Assembly: GCA_041394025.1 (NCBI GenBank)
Contig: JAWKJA010000002.1
Coordinates: 787,178-851,177 of the forward strand
Direction: 5' to 3'
Length of the DNA stretch: 64,000 bases
From: Acidimicrobiia bacterium
Lineage (GTDB): Bacteria; Actinomycetota; Acidimicrobiia; IMCC26256; JAOSJL01
Made by a program: the position numbers and the translations under genes. The notes beneath the pieces are model-generated. The model made no database searches. It was given only the letters and a program-made list of their open reading frames with translations, and had not been told where the DNA came from. How positions within the stretch are numbered: the stretch's first letter is position 1; each line of letters opens with the position of its first letter. Shown here piece after piece: positions 1 to 9,536 of this stretch.

Positions 1-172
1 TCGTGTCGAGGAGCCTGCCCATCGTGGTGGACTCGCCGCCCGGCAGCACGACCGCGTCGGCGCCGGCGAGGTGCTCGGGGGTGCGGACCTCCCACGTGGT
101 GGCGCCGAGGGCCTCGAGGACCTCACGATGCTCGCGGAACGCGCCCTGGAGGGCGACGATGCCGACTTTCAC
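1..172 (-). CDS. pdxT: Pyridoxal 5'-phosphate synthase glutaminase subunit PdxT, N-terminal part (gene runs off the left edge)
   Basis: Hand translation of the minus strand from GTG at 172-170 gives [57 protein letters not shown]. This is the typical PdxT/SNO N-terminus (ALQGxxx[10 protein letters not shown]). It lies directly downstream of pdxS. It is absent from the ORF track because it is truncated. Confidence 0.85.
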   Translation of the reverse strand, partial: MKVGIVALQGAFREHREVLEALGATTWEVRTPEHLAGADAVVLPGGESTTMGRLLDT

Positions 173-214
173 GGGCCCACTTTCACGGGCCGACCTTCAC
201 GGGCCGACCGTCAT
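169..214 (-). repeat. 14-nt tandem repeat (3 copies plus the pdxT start itself) in the pdxS-pdxT spacer
   Basis: Minus strand reads ATGACGGTCGGCCC GTGAAGGTCGGCCC GTGAAAGTGGGCCC GTGAAAGTCGGC(pdxT...). Confidence 0.9.
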
Positions 215-241
215 CGAGGAGCGGGCCCGGAGACGAAGGTC

Positions 242-1153
242 TCACCAGCCGCGGTCGGCCAGGTGCTCGCCGAGCTCGCCCTCGGCTCGCCCGGGCATCG
301 CATCACCCAGGCCGCGCGACACCTTGGCGACGATGGCGGGATCGGCGTGGTGCGCGGTGGCCTCCACGATGGCCTTGGCGCGCGGTGCGGGATCGTCGCT
401 CTTGAAGATCCCGCTGCCGACGAACGTGGCCTGGGCGCCGAGCTGCATCACGAGCGCCGCGTCGGCGGGCGTGGCGATCCCCCCGGCGCAGAACAGCGGG
501 ACGGGTAGCTCGCCACGCTCGGCGACCTCGGCGACGAGGTCGACGGGCGCCTGCATCTCCTTGGCCCGGCGGTGGATCCCGGCGGAGTCGGAGACGGTCA
601 GCGCGCGGATGTCGCCGAGGATGGACCGCAGGTGGCGCACCGCCTGCACGATGTCGCCGGTGCCGGCCTCCCCCTTGGAGCGGATCATGGCGGCGCCCTC
701 CGAGATTCGGCGCAGGGCCTCACCGAGGTTGGTGGCACCGCACACGAAGGGCACGGTGAAGGCCCACTTGTCGACGTGGTGGGCCTCGTCGGCGGGTGTG
801 AGCACCTCGCTCTCGTCGATGTAGTCGACACCCAGCGACTCGAGGACCTGTGCCTCGGCGAAGTGGCCGATGCGGCACTTGGCCATCACGGGGATCGAGA
901 CGGCGGCCTGGATGGCCTCGATCATCTCGGGGTCGCTCATGCGGGCGACGCCACCGTCGCGACGGATGTCGGCCGGCACCCGCTCGAGGGCCATCACGGC
1001 CACCGCACCGGCCTGCTCGGCCACGACCGCCTGCTCAGGCGTGACGACGTCCATGATGACGCCCCCGCGCAGCATCTCGGCGAGGCCGCGCTTGACCCGG
1101 GTCGTGCCGGTGGTTCCGGCGGGCGCCGCCGGGTCGGGGGTGGAGTCGCTCAC
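242..1153 (-). CDS. pdxS: Pyridoxal 5'-phosphate synthase lyase subunit PdxS
   Basis: 303-aa ORF with PdxS/SNZ hallmarks along its whole length: [63 protein letters not shown]. Followed by pdxT. Confidence 0.95.
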   Translation of the reverse strand: MSDSTPDPAAPAGTTGTTRVKRGLAEMLRGGVIMDVVTPEQAVVAEQAGAVAVMALERVPADIRRDGGVARMSDPEMIEAIQAAVSIPVMAKCRIGHFAEAQVLESLGVDYIDESEVLTPADEAHHVDKWAFTVPFVCGATNLGEALRRISEGAAMIRSKGEAGTGDIVQAVRHLRSILGDIRALTVSDSAGIHRRAKEMQAPVDLVAEVAERGELPVPLFCAGGIATPADAALVMQLGAQATFVGSGIFKSDDPAPRAKAIVEATAHHADPAIVAKVSRGLGDAMPGRAEGELGEHLADRGW

Positions 1154-1230
1154 GGCTTCATGCTACCGGGCGACCTGCCCGCCCACGTGGTCGAATCCAC
1201 CGTGACGCGGCGTGCAGCGCGCTTCCGGGG

Positions 1231-2301
1231 CTACTCCGGGGACGGGCTCTCGGTCGGAGCCGCGGCCTGAACGTCCACCGAGCTGCCGATCTGCGGGAGC
1301 GTGATCCAGGTACGTCCGGGTGGGAGCTTGACGAGCTCACCGTTGGCGTCGCGGAACTCGGTCTGCGAGTCGAGATCCGCGCGTGACCACGTGCCCATCA
1401 CCAACTGGCCTTCGCTGAGCACCCAGGCGTCGGCACTCCCGACGACGGTTCCCTTGGCACCCTCGACCCCTGCGCCGCCGTTGTAGTCGATGAACTGGAT
1501 GATGAGGTTGGGGAAGGCCAGAGGCGAGTCGTCGAGGGCGTCGACCTGCGGCTCCCCCTCCGTGGAGCGCACGAACTGGCCGGCGTCCGCGTCCCACATC
1601 CACGTGGCCGTGTAGCCGCCCCCGATGGAGTCGAAGTCGATCGTGACCGCCTCGACGTCGGTCCCGCCGTCGTTCCCGAAGGTCTCGTCGCCCTCGAGAT
1701 AGCGCAGCAGCGGCAGCGGGGCCGCAGGGTCCTCGGCCAGCTTCCAGAGCTCGTTCGGGCGGCCGTAGAGGTTGTGCGGAGCCGGGCGGTCGCCGAACCG
1801 GAACATCTCGGGTTCCTCGATGTTCTCGTCGACCGACTGGACCGGGACCGCGTTGAGCGCCGCCACCGCCTCGGGAACACCGCCCGAGTACACAAACAGG
1901 CCGCCGAGGGGCCACACGAGGTCGGGGTCGGTGAAGCGCACCGAGCGGATGGGGCCGACCGTTTCGGGGGACTGCGAGTTGAACACGGCGAGGAACCGCG
2001 TCGCCTTGCCCTCGACGACCTCCTCCCACACGATGTCGGCCTGGTTGAGGCCGTTCTGTGGGCGCGCGTCGGGGTTGTTGTCGATCTTGACCGACAGCGC
2101 CGGCCGCGAGGCCGCCTCGCCGTCGGGGTCGGGCAGGCCGGTGAGCGGCGCCGTGGGGCTCGACTCGGCCGGGGCCTCGACCTCTTCGCCCGTGGCGGTC
2201 GCCTCCTTCGAGTCACCCCCCGAGCAGGCCCCCACGACGAGCGCGAGAGCGACGAGGAATGCGAGCAGGACGGGGACCGTGGAACGGGAACGTGTGGGCA
2301 C
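1231..2301 (-). CDS. DUF3048-family secreted lipoprotein (YerB-like)
   Basis: Signal peptide with a lipobox (LALVVGAC). Body resembles DUF3048: PLTGLP..., RPALSVKIDNNPDARPQNGLNQADIVWEEVVEG..TRFLAVF, GPIRSVRFTD. Confidence 0.75.
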   Translation of the reverse strand: MPTRSRSTVPVLLAFLVALALVVGACSGGDSKEATATGEEVEAPAESSPTAPLTGLPDPDGEAASRPALSVKIDNNPDARPQNGLNQADIVWEEVVEGKATRFLAVFNSQSPETVGPIRSVRFTDPDLVWPLGGLFVYSGGVPEAVAALNAVPVQSVDENIEEPEMFRFGDRPAPHNLYGRPNELWKLAEDPAAPLPLLRYLEGDETFGNDGGTDVEAVTIDFDSIGGGYTATWMWDADAGQFVRSTEGEPQVDALDDSPLAFPNLIIQFIDYNGGAGVEGAKGTVVGSADAWVLSEGQLVMGTWSRADLDSQTEFRDANGELVKLPPGRTWITLPQIGSSVDVQAAAPTESPSPE

Positions 2302-2362
2302 GCGACCTCCCGGGCGTGGCGTTGGTGAGAGTCTGGACGACGAGTCGAGGAAACCGGTGGAC

Positions 2363-3217
2363 CTACATCTCCTGCAGGATCCGGATGCGCTCGTCGAGTG
2401 GCGGATGCGTCTGGAACATCCGGTTGAGCTTCGCCTGCTTGTGGCCCTCCTCCTCGTCGAGCGGTGACTCGATCCAGAGCTGGGCCGTGGCCTTCGTGGC
2501 GGAGTGGACGACGGTCTGGTCGTCCTTCAGCTTCTCGAGGGCCGAGATCAGCCCCGGAGGGTACCGGGTGAGCTGGACCCCCGACGCATCCGCCAGCAGC
2601 TCACGCTTGCGTGACACAGAGAACTGCATGATCCGGGCGATGATCGGCGCCAGGACCAGCAGGAGCAGGGCGAACACCAGGAGAAGTGCACCGGCGCCCC
2701 CGGAGCTGTTGTCGCGGCGGCGCCCGCCCCCGAGCCACATCATGCGGAAGCCCATGTCGGCGAGCAGGGCGATGACGCCGACCATCGTGACGCAGATGGT
2801 CGACACCAGGATGTCGTAGTTCTTCACGTGACTGAGCTCGTGGGCCAGGACGCCCTCCAGCTCCACACGGTTCATCTTCTCGAGCAGGCCCGTCGTGACG
2901 GCCACGGCGGCGTGCTGGGGGTTACGACCCGTGGCGAAGGCGTTGGGGGCGGGGTCGTCGACGATGTAGAGACGGGGCTTGGGGAGGCCGCCGGCGATAC
3001 ACAGCCCCTCCACGAGGTTGTGGTAGCGCGCGTACTCCTCCCGGGGCGCCGGTTTCGCCCGGCTCGCCTTCAACGCGATGGTGTCGGACTTGTAGTACGA
3101 GCCCCACACCATGAGCATGGCGATCACGAACGCCACCACGATCCAGATCGGCCCGTAGCCGAAGGCCAGCTCGAAGGCCGTGACGACGCCGACGATCAGG
3201 ACGACGAAGCCCGCCAT
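2363..3217 (-). CDS. htpX: M48-family zinc metalloprotease HtpX
   Basis: 284 aa with N-terminal and central TM segments. HELSHVKNYD (HExxH) zinc motif. C-terminal HPPLDERI typical of HtpX. Confidence 0.9.
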   Translation of the reverse strand: MAGFVVLIVGVVTAFELAFGYGPIWIVVAFVIAMLMVWGSYYKSDTIALKASRAKPAPREEYARYHNLVEGLCIAGGLPKPRLYIVDDPAPNAFATGRNPQHAAVAVTTGLLEKMNRVELEGVLAHELSHVKNYDILVSTICVTMVGVIALLADMGFRMMWLGGGRRRDNSSGGAGALLLVFALLLLVLAPIIARIMQFSVSRKRELLADASGVQLTRYPPGLISALEKLKDDQTVVHSATKATAQLWIESPLDEEEGHKQAKLNRMFQTHPPLDERIRILQEM

Positions 3218-3319
3218 GATCAGGAAGGTCTTGCGCTTGTTGGACGCGATCTGCTCGTAGATGGTTCTGCGGTCCTTGTCGGGGGTGGCCCGGGGAGGGC
3301 CTCCGGGGCGTGGAGCGGT

Positions 3320-3871
3320 CTAGAACTCCACCTGCACGGGCCCGGTGCTCTCGGGGTCGGCTTCGAAGTACTCGCGTTCGGTGAAGTTGAACATCCCCGC
3401 GAGGATGTTGTTGGGGAAGCTCTGGATCCGGGTGTTGAAGTTCAGCGTCGAGTCGTTGAAGAACTGGCGTGCGTAGGCGATCTTGTCCTCGGTGGCGGTG
3501 AGCTCCTCCTGGAGGTTGAGGAAGTTCTGGTTGGCCTTGAGGTCGGGGTACGCCTCGGACACCGCGAACAACGACTTGAGTGCTCCCTCCAGGACGTTCT
3601 CGGCGTTGGCCTGCTCGTGGACGCCTTCCGCGTTGATGGCCTGGGCGCGTGCGGCCGTGACCTGCTCGAAGGTCTCCTTCTCGTGAGCGGCGTAGCCCTT
3701 GACCGTCTCCACGAGATTCGGGATGAGGTCGTAGCGGCGCTTGAGCTGCACGTCGATCTGCGACCAGGCGTTGTCGACCCGGTTGCGGTCACGCACGAGG
3801 CGGTTGTACATGACGACCACCGTGATGACGAGCAGGACGACGATCACGGCGATGATGATGAAGGCGGTCAC
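3320..3871 (-). CDS. lemA: LemA family membrane protein
   Basis: 183 aa with an N-terminal TM helix, then YNRLVRDRNRVDNAWSQIDVQLKRRYDLIPNLVETVKGYAAHEKETF, the LemA signature. Upstream of htpX, a common pairing. Confidence 0.9.
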   Translation of the reverse strand: MTAFIIIAVIVVLLVITVVVMYNRLVRDRNRVDNAWSQIDVQLKRRYDLIPNLVETVKGYAAHEKETFEQVTAARAQAINAEGVHEQANAENVLEGALKSLFAVSEAYPDLKANQNFLNLQEELTATEDKIAYARQFFNDSTLNFNTRIQSFPNNILAGMFNFTEREYFEADPESTGPVQVEF

Positions 3872-4017
3872 GGGGTGTCCCCTCTTCTCGGACGGGTCGG
3901 TGGACGGCGGGTGGTGCTGTGGGTCCGGTCCGGTGCACCATCATACGGCGGGAGCCGCACGTTCCCGGCCACCGGGGGGGCGCCGACGCCGTTCGGACCT
4001 GCCCACCGACGGCGGGG

Positions 4018-5115
4018 TCAGCGACGACCCGCGAGCGATCCGGGCGTCGTGGCGCGGATCGACTCGTAGATCTCCCGGTAGCGCTCCGCGAGGGCGTTCA
4101 TCGAGAACTCGTCGGCGCGCGCGATGCCGGCCTCGACGAGACCGGCGGCGAGCCCGGGGTCCGTGAGGACGTTGCGGATCGCCTCGGCGAGCGCGCCGGG
4201 CCGGCGCGGCTCCACGAGCAGCGCCTCGCGGCCATCACGCGCCACACGCCGGTAGCCGTCGATGTCGCTCGCCACGACGGGCGTGCGCGCGGCCATGGCC
4301 TCCACGAGAACGATCCCGAACGACTCCCCCGACACCGAGGGCGCACAGAAAACCGCAGCGCCCTTCAGGCGCCGAGCGAGCTCACGGTCGTCGACGCGGC
4401 CGAGCCATGCGACCCCGTCGGGTGCCGACGCCTGGAGCCGTTTCGTGGCGGGGCCGTCACCGCACACCCAGAGATCTGCGACGTCGCCGAGGTCGCGGTA
4501 GGCCTCCAGGAGGACGTCGAGTCCCTTACGGGGCTCGTGGCGTCCGACGAATACGACGGCCGGACGGTCCGATGGCCACGGCAGCGCCTCCGCGAACCTC
4601 TCGACCTCCACGCCGTTGGGAAGGAGGGTGCACTCGATGTCGAGAAGGGAGCTCGCGGTCTCCCGCGCCTCCTCCGAGACCGCCACCGCCGCGGAGAGCC
4701 GTCGGCTCCCCCGCCGGGTCAGCGACCGGGCCATCTGGTACACCGCCACGGGATCTCCCGAGACGTGGAACGTCCCGACCATGGGCCAGGCACCCTCGAT
4801 CAGTGTGGAGATCGTCGGTCCCGGCACGAAGGGCTCGTGCAGGTGCACGACGTCGGGGTCGATGTCGCGCAGGGCGTCGCGGGTGCGGCGGGCAACCGCC
4901 GGCCCGGGTGCGATGGGTGCGATCGACCCGTTCGTGGAGACGCCCGTTGTCGTTCCGACGGGCACGACACCGGGCTCCGGTGGTGGGCCGTCGCACGGGC
5001 CGACCACACGCGCGTCGACTCCCTGCGCGCGGAGGGCACGGGCGAGCCCGAGGGCCTGGCCCTGGACACCGCCGGGTACCGACAGGGAGTACGGGCTGAC
5101 GATCGCGACCCTCAC
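4018..5115 (-). CDS. pimA: GT4 glycosyltransferase, phosphatidylinositol alpha-mannosyltransferase PimA-like
   Basis: 365 aa with the GT-B/GT4 N-terminus MRVAIVSPYSLSVPGGVQ. Position after pgsA and the HtrB-like acyltransferase reproduces the M. tuberculosis pgsA1-Rv2611c-pimA operon. Confidence 0.8.
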   Translation of the reverse strand: MRVAIVSPYSLSVPGGVQGQALGLARALRAQGVDARVVGPCDGPPPEPGVVPVGTTTGVSTNGSIAPIAPGPAVARRTRDALRDIDPDVVHLHEPFVPGPTISTLIEGAWPMVGTFHVSGDPVAVYQMARSLTRRGSRRLSAAVAVSEEARETASSLLDIECTLLPNGVEVERFAEALPWPSDRPAVVFVGRHEPRKGLDVLLEAYRDLGDVADLWVCGDGPATKRLQASAPDGVAWLGRVDDRELARRLKGAAVFCAPSVSGESFGIVLVEAMAARTPVVASDIDGYRRVARDGREALLVEPRRPGALAEAIRNVLTDPGLAAGLVEAGIARADEFSMNALAERYREIYESIRATTPGSLAGRR

Positions 5116-5134
5116 CGGCCGGTGTCCCCTGCCG

Positions 5135-6082
5135 TCACGGCGCCCGGAACGGCATCCGGAACGGGGCGCGCCGTCCCCGGCCGCCGGTGGTGCGGTCGCT
5201 GGGCCAGTTGGGCTGCATCAGATGCCATTGCTCCGGCGCTGCCCGGATGAGCTCCTCGAGCTCATGAGCCAGGCGCTGGGTGAGATCCACGATGTCGTCC
5301 CTCAGCTTGCCACGGCGGGCGGCGTCGAGCGGAGGCCGGACCACGGCATGGTGCCCGCCGCGGGGTCTGAAGTAGACGGCCGCGGGAAGAAGCGGCGCTC
5401 CGGTGCGCAGTGCCAGGAGCGCGGGACCGGCGGGCAGCGTCGTCGTCTCGCCGAAGAACTCGACCTCGACGCCGTCGCCGGTGAGGTCGCGGTCGCACAG
5501 GAGGCACAGCACACTGTTGTCGGCCAGGGCCTGCAGCGATCGTGTCGCCACGTCGGGGCCCAGCGGGATCACGTCCATGCCGAGCGACTCACGGATGTCG
5601 ACGAACCAGTCGAAGAGCTCCGGGGGCTCCACCTTCTCGACGACGACGCTCAGGTGGTGACCCTGCGACGTCATCCAGAGGCCCGCGGCCTCCCACCCCC
5701 CGAGGTGTGGGAGCGCCAGGAGTGTTCCCCGGCCGAGCCCGATGCTCGCTTCCACGTGTTCGAAGCCGTCGATCGACCACCCCCGGAGCACCCCGTCGGG
5801 ATCGGAGGGAAGCCGGAACAGCTCCAGCCAGTAGCGACCGTACGAGTCGAACGCTGCGGACACGGCGCGCCCGGTCGCGGCCGCCCCGCGCGGGCCACCC
5901 CACACCCGTTCGAGATTGCGACGGACGATGCGGCGCCTTCCTGGTTGGGCGAGCGAGAGGGCGCGGCCGAGCGCACGGGCCGTCGGCTCGCCGATGGGCC
6001 CGGGAACGCGCGTGGCGATCTCCGCGGCGCTTCGGTACGCGAGGAACGCGAAGTGGTCGGTCGGCCGTCGAGGCTCGGCCAC
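5135..6082 (-). CDS. LpxL/HtrB-family lipid acyltransferase (phosphatidylinositol mannoside acyltransferase PatA-like)
   Basis: 315 aa. HLGGWE acyltransferase motif, C-terminal PEQWHLMQPNWPSD typical of the family. Sits between pgsA and pimA as Rv2611c does. Confidence 0.8.
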   Translation of the reverse strand: MAEPRRPTDHFAFLAYRSAAEIATRVPGPIGEPTARALGRALSLAQPGRRRIVRRNLERVWGGPRGAAATGRAVSAAFDSYGRYWLELFRLPSDPDGVLRGWSIDGFEHVEASIGLGRGTLLALPHLGGWEAAGLWMTSQGHHLSVVVEKVEPPELFDWFVDIRESLGMDVIPLGPDVATRSLQALADNSVLCLLCDRDLTGDGVEVEFFGETTTLPAGPALLALRTGAPLLPAAVYFRPRGGHHAVVRPPLDAARRGKLRDDIVDLTQRLAHELEELIRAAPEQWHLMQPNWPSDRTTGGRGRRAPFRMPFRAP

Positions 6083-6096
6083 GTGACGGGCCGCTG

Positions 6097-6816
6097 TCAG
6101 GGTCGGGTGCTACGGCCCGCCCGCGTGCGCTCGCGGCGGGCACGGCTCGAGCCGGGCCGCGGCTCCCACCAGCGTCGGCGCTGCGTTCCCTCGGCTGACG
6201 CGGCGCGGCGGTGCCGGACGCGCCATGTGCGTGACTCGCGCGGGGGGCCGGCCTGTCGCCAGACCTTCACGAAACGCTGGATCGTGGTGGCCGCACTGAG
6301 GACGAGCATCACCCAGAGGACCGGGATCAGGATGTCGAAGGCCAGGCCGACGCCGAGCAGGATCATGCGCTCCGCCCGCTCCATGAGGCCACCCTTGGCA
6401 CTGAAACCCAGCGCCTCCCCCTTGGCGCGCTCGTAGGAGATGACAGCGCCCAGGGCCGCCACGGCGAAGGCCAGGATCGGCGCGTAGGCGCTGGTGCCCG
6501 CGAGGTACCACGCCACGCCACCGAGCAGCAGGGCGTCGGACACGCGGTCGGTGACGGAGTCGAAGAACGCACCGCGGGGACCGTCGTCGCCGCTGCCGCG
6601 GGCGACGGTGCCGTCGAGGACGTCGAGGAGCCCGCTGACACACAGGCCGACGACGCCCCAGATGAGGTGGCCGGTGGCGACGAGGAGGGCCGTGGCGATC
6701 GAGGCGAGAAGGCCGAGCACCGTGAGGAGGTTGGCGGTGACGCCGATGCGGCGGAGCCCGGCGCCCACGGGGGTGAGGCCCCGCTGCACGCCGTTGCGCA
6801 TGCGTCCGTCGAGCAT
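6097..6816 (-). CDS. pgsA: CDP-alcohol phosphatidyltransferase (phosphatidylinositol phosphate synthase PgsA1-like)
   Basis: Internal ATG at 6816 of the 349-aa ORF. CDP-alcohol motif D..DGxxAR....G..FD...D (DVLDGTVARGSGDDGPRGAFFDSVTDRVSD) and multiple TM helices. The N-terminal 110 codons of the ORF look non-coding. An alternative ATG lies at 6801. The C-terminal ~50 aa are Arg-rich. Confidence 0.85.
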   Translation of the reverse strand: MLDGRMRNGVQRGLTPVGAGLRRIGVTANLLTVLGLLASIATALLVATGHLIWGVVGLCVSGLLDVLDGTVARGSGDDGPRGAFFDSVTDRVSDALLLGGVAWYLAGTSAYAPILAFAVAALGAVISYERAKGEALGFSAKGGLMERAERMILLGVGLAFDILIPVLWVMLVLSAATTIQRFVKVWRQAGPPRESRTWRVRHRRAASAEGTQRRRWWEPRPGSSRARRERTRAGRSTRP

Positions 6817-7009
6817 CCTGTCGTCCTTCCGACCGGGAGGGCCCGGGCAGGTGGGCCCACACGCAAGCGTCCGGAGCCGCGCGGCTGCGGCACGGAGTGC
6901 TCGCGTTCGCGAGCAGGTTAGCAGGTTCCCCGGGGCGGAGCACCCCTGCCGCTCGCGGGGCTCGCGACCTACACTCGCCGCTCCCGAGGTTCGAAAGGAC
7001 GACCGGCAC

Positions 7010-9004
7010 ATGTCACCGGAGGCGAGCGACAGGATCCGCAACGTGGCGCTCGTGGGCCACGGGGGTTCCGGGAAGACCACCCTGACCGAGGCAGCCCTCT
7101 TCGAAGCCGGAGCGGTCCCCCGCGCCGGCACCGTCGAGGACGGCACGACCGTGTGCGACTTCGACCCCGAGGAGGTCCGCCGTGGGCTCTCGGTGTCACT
7201 CGCGGTCGCTCCGCTCCTCTACGACGGTCACCGCATCAACCTCATCGACACGCCCGGCTACGCCGACTTCATCGGTGACGTGACGGCAGCCCTGCGCGTC
7301 GCGGACCTGGCGGTCTTCGTCGTGTCCGCCGTGGAGGGCGTCGAAGTCGGGACGGAGACAGCGTGGCGTCTCGCCGAGGAGCGCGACCTTCCGCGCGCCG
7401 TGTTCGTCACGAAGCTCGACCGGGAGCGTGCGTCATTCGACCGGACCCTCGCGGAGCTCAAGGAGAAGTTCGGAGCGGGCGTGGCGCCGCTGGAGCTCCC
7501 CATCGGCGTCGAGGCCGACTTCCGTGGCGTGATCGACCTCCTCGACGACAGCGCGCGCACCTACGTCGACGGCACCGCGACCGTCGGGCCCGTCCCCGAC
7601 GACATGGCGGTCACCGAGCACGAGATCCACGAGGCGCTCATCGAGGGCATCGTCGTGGGCGACGACGACCTCACCGAGAGGTATCTCGCGGACGAGAAGC
7701 TCGACCTCGGCGAGATCGTGCACGCCCTCGCCGACGGCATCGCCGCAGCCGACGTGTTCCCCGTGCTGTGCGGGAGCGGGACGACCCACATCGGCATCGA
7801 CCGGCTGCTGCGGTTCATCGTGGACGAGGGCCCGCCCCCGACCGTGCACGATGGCGGGACGGCCGCCTTCGTCTTCAAGACCATCGCCGATCCCTACGTG
7901 GGCCGGGTCAACCTCTTCAAGGTTCTGGCGGGCTCCGTCCGATCCGACGACCACCTCACGAACGACCGCACCGGGGCCGATCTCCGCCTCCACCAGATCA
8001 CGACGATCTGCGGGAAGGAGCAGGAGCCCACGCCCGAGGTCGGCGCGGGCGACATCGGTGCCGTGGCCAAGCTGACCGACACCGCCACGGGCGACCTCCT
8101 GCGCGCCTCCGGCGCCACGGTCACGGTCGACCCTCTCGAGAGCCCGCCCCCGGTTCTCGCCACGGCCGTACGCGCGGCCACCAAGGCCGACGACGACAAG
8201 CTCGCCACGGCACTTCACCGCCTCGAGGACGAGGACCCCTCACTCACGGTGGAGCGCAACGACCGGACGCACCAGGTCGTTCTCCGGGGGATGGGAGAGA
8301 CCCACCTCTCGCTCACGATGTCGCGCCTGCGCGACAAGTACGGCGTCGACGCCACCGAGGAGCCGGTCGCGGTCGAGTACCTCGAGACCGTCACCACGTC
8401 GGCCGAGGCTGAGGGCAAGCACAAGAAGCAGAGCGGTGGCCACGGCCAGTTCGGTGTCGCCGTCATCAAGCTCGAGCCGGCACCGCCCGGAACGGGTCTG
8501 GAGTTCGTCGACGCCGTCGTGGGTGGCGCGATACCCCGGCCGTTCATCCCCGCCGTCGAGAAGGGCATCCGTGAGGCCATGGAGCGCGGCGGGCTCCACG
8601 GTTTCCCTGTCGTCGACGTGAAGGTCACGCTCTTCGACGGGAAGCACCACAGCGTCGACTCCAACGAGGCCAGCTTCAAGATGGCGGGATCGCTGGCGTT
8701 CCGGAACGCTCTGGAGAGCGCCAGGCCCGTCGTGCTCGAGCCCGTGAGTGAGCTCGTCGTGATGGTCCCCGAGGAGTTCCAGGGCGACGTGATGGGCGAC
8801 CTCAACGCCAAGCGCGGTCGCATCCAGGGATCGGCGTCGCTCGGGCGCGGCGAGGCCGAAATCGTGGCCCATGTGCCGACGGCCGAGATCCTGCGCTACG
8901 CCATCGACCTCCGCTCCATGACCCACGGCCGGGGGCGCTTCCACGCCGAGCACGACTCCTACGAGCAGGTGCCCGCCCACATCGCCGACTCGCTCGGCGG
9001 CTGA
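7010..9004 (+). CDS. Elongation factor G paralogue (EF-G2/FusA2-like translational GTPase)
   Basis: ATG at 7010 preceded by AAAGGA. G1 GHGGSGKT, G3 DTPGYADF, G4 variant TKLD, and EF-G domains II-V recognisable (e.g. GGHGQFGV, GAIPRPFIPAVEKG). 664 aa is shorter than canonical EF-G. The upstream 172 codons of the ORF are shadow sequence. Confidence 0.85.
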   Translation: MSPEASDRIRNVALVGHGGSGKTTLTEAALFEAGAVPRAGTVEDGTTVCDFDPEEVRRGLSVSLAVAPLLYDGHRINLIDTPGYADFIGDVTAALRVADLAVFVVSAVEGVEVGTETAWRLAEERDLPRAVFVTKLDRERASFDRTLAELKEKFGAGVAPLELPIGVEADFRGVIDLLDDSARTYVDGTATVGPVPDDMAVTEHEIHEALIEGIVVGDDDLTERYLADEKLDLGEIVHALADGIAAADVFPVLCGSGTTHIGIDRLLRFIVDEGPPPTVHDGGTAAFVFKTIADPYVGRVNLFKVLAGSVRSDDHLTNDRTGADLRLHQITTICGKEQEPTPEVGAGDIGAVAKLTDTATGDLLRASGATVTVDPLESPPPVLATAVRAATKADDDKLATALHRLEDEDPSLTVERNDRTHQVVLRGMGETHLSLTMSRLRDKYGVDATEEPVAVEYLETVTTSAEAEGKHKKQSGGHGQFGVAVIKLEPAPPGTGLEFVDAVVGGAIPRPFIPAVEKGIREAMERGGLHGFPVVDVKVTLFDGKHHSVDSNEASFKMAGSLAFRNALESARPVVLEPVSELVVMVPEEFQGDVMGDLNAKRGRIQGSASLGRGEAEIVAHVPTAEILRYAIDLRSMTHGRGRFHAEHDSYEQVPAHIADSLGG

Positions 9005-9005
9005 G

Positions 9006-9536
9006 TCACTCCGCGTCGAGGCCGAACTCGGACCAGTCCTCGGGGTTGTCCTCGGTGTAGGAGCCCAGGACCTCGCCGTCGACGCCGTCGAGCTCCACGA
9101 GCCCCCGGGTCTTCGGCGGTGACTCCGCCGAGTAGACGAGGATCCGCCACGTGGGCCGGCTGCGCAGGCCCCGCCACGCCAGCTGCGCCGAGGCGTGCCC
9201 CACCGGCATCCCGATGGCCCGGTTGGCGATGGCCAGCGCCTCGGTCTGGTCGACAGCCAGGTGCCAGCCGGCGATGAAGTGGTAGGCGGCGATGAGCGTG
9301 AGAACCACGGCCGCCACGAGCAACGCCGCGGTCGCTCCCAGCAGCCACGCCACGAGGCAGCCGGCAGCGGTGATCAGATAGAGCGTGCCGGCGATGCGCC
9401 GCCGGGCGATGTCGGGGAACGTGTAGGGACCGACATACGCCGTGACGTCGAGATCGTCGGGCAGCGTGTCACCCTCGTCGACGACGTCGTCGGAGACCTC
9501 GTGGTCGACCACGTCGCCTGCGTCTGCGTCGCTCAC
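9006..9536 (-). CDS. Hypothetical membrane protein (acidic N-terminus, two predicted TM helices)
   Basis: 176-aa ORF with high GC3. GTG start overlaps the HIT gene stop (GTGA). Hydrophobic stretches TLYLITAAGCLVAWLLGATAALLVAAVVLTLIAAYHFIAGW. I do not recognise a family. Confidence 0.6.
   Translation of the reverse strand: MSDADAGDVVDHEVSDDVVDEGDTLPDDLDVTAYVGPYTFPDIARRRIAGTLYLITAAGCLVAWLLGATAALLVAAVVLTLIAAYHFIAGWHLAVDQTEALAIANRAIGMPVGHASAQLAWRGLRSRPTWRILVYSAESPPKTRGLVELDGVDGEVLGSYTEDNPEDWSEFGLDAE

Noticed and set aside
6097-6250. Arg-rich ~50-aa C-terminal tail of PgsA (…RESRTWRVRHRRAASAEGTQRRRWWEPRPGSSRARRERTRAGRSTRP), considered as a sign of a frameshift or pseudogene.
   Set aside because: The catalytic and TM regions are intact and the frame is continuous to a stop 14 nt before the next gene's start. 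Without read data or orthologue alignment I cannot tell a genuine basic tail from an indel, so I do not call a pseudogene.
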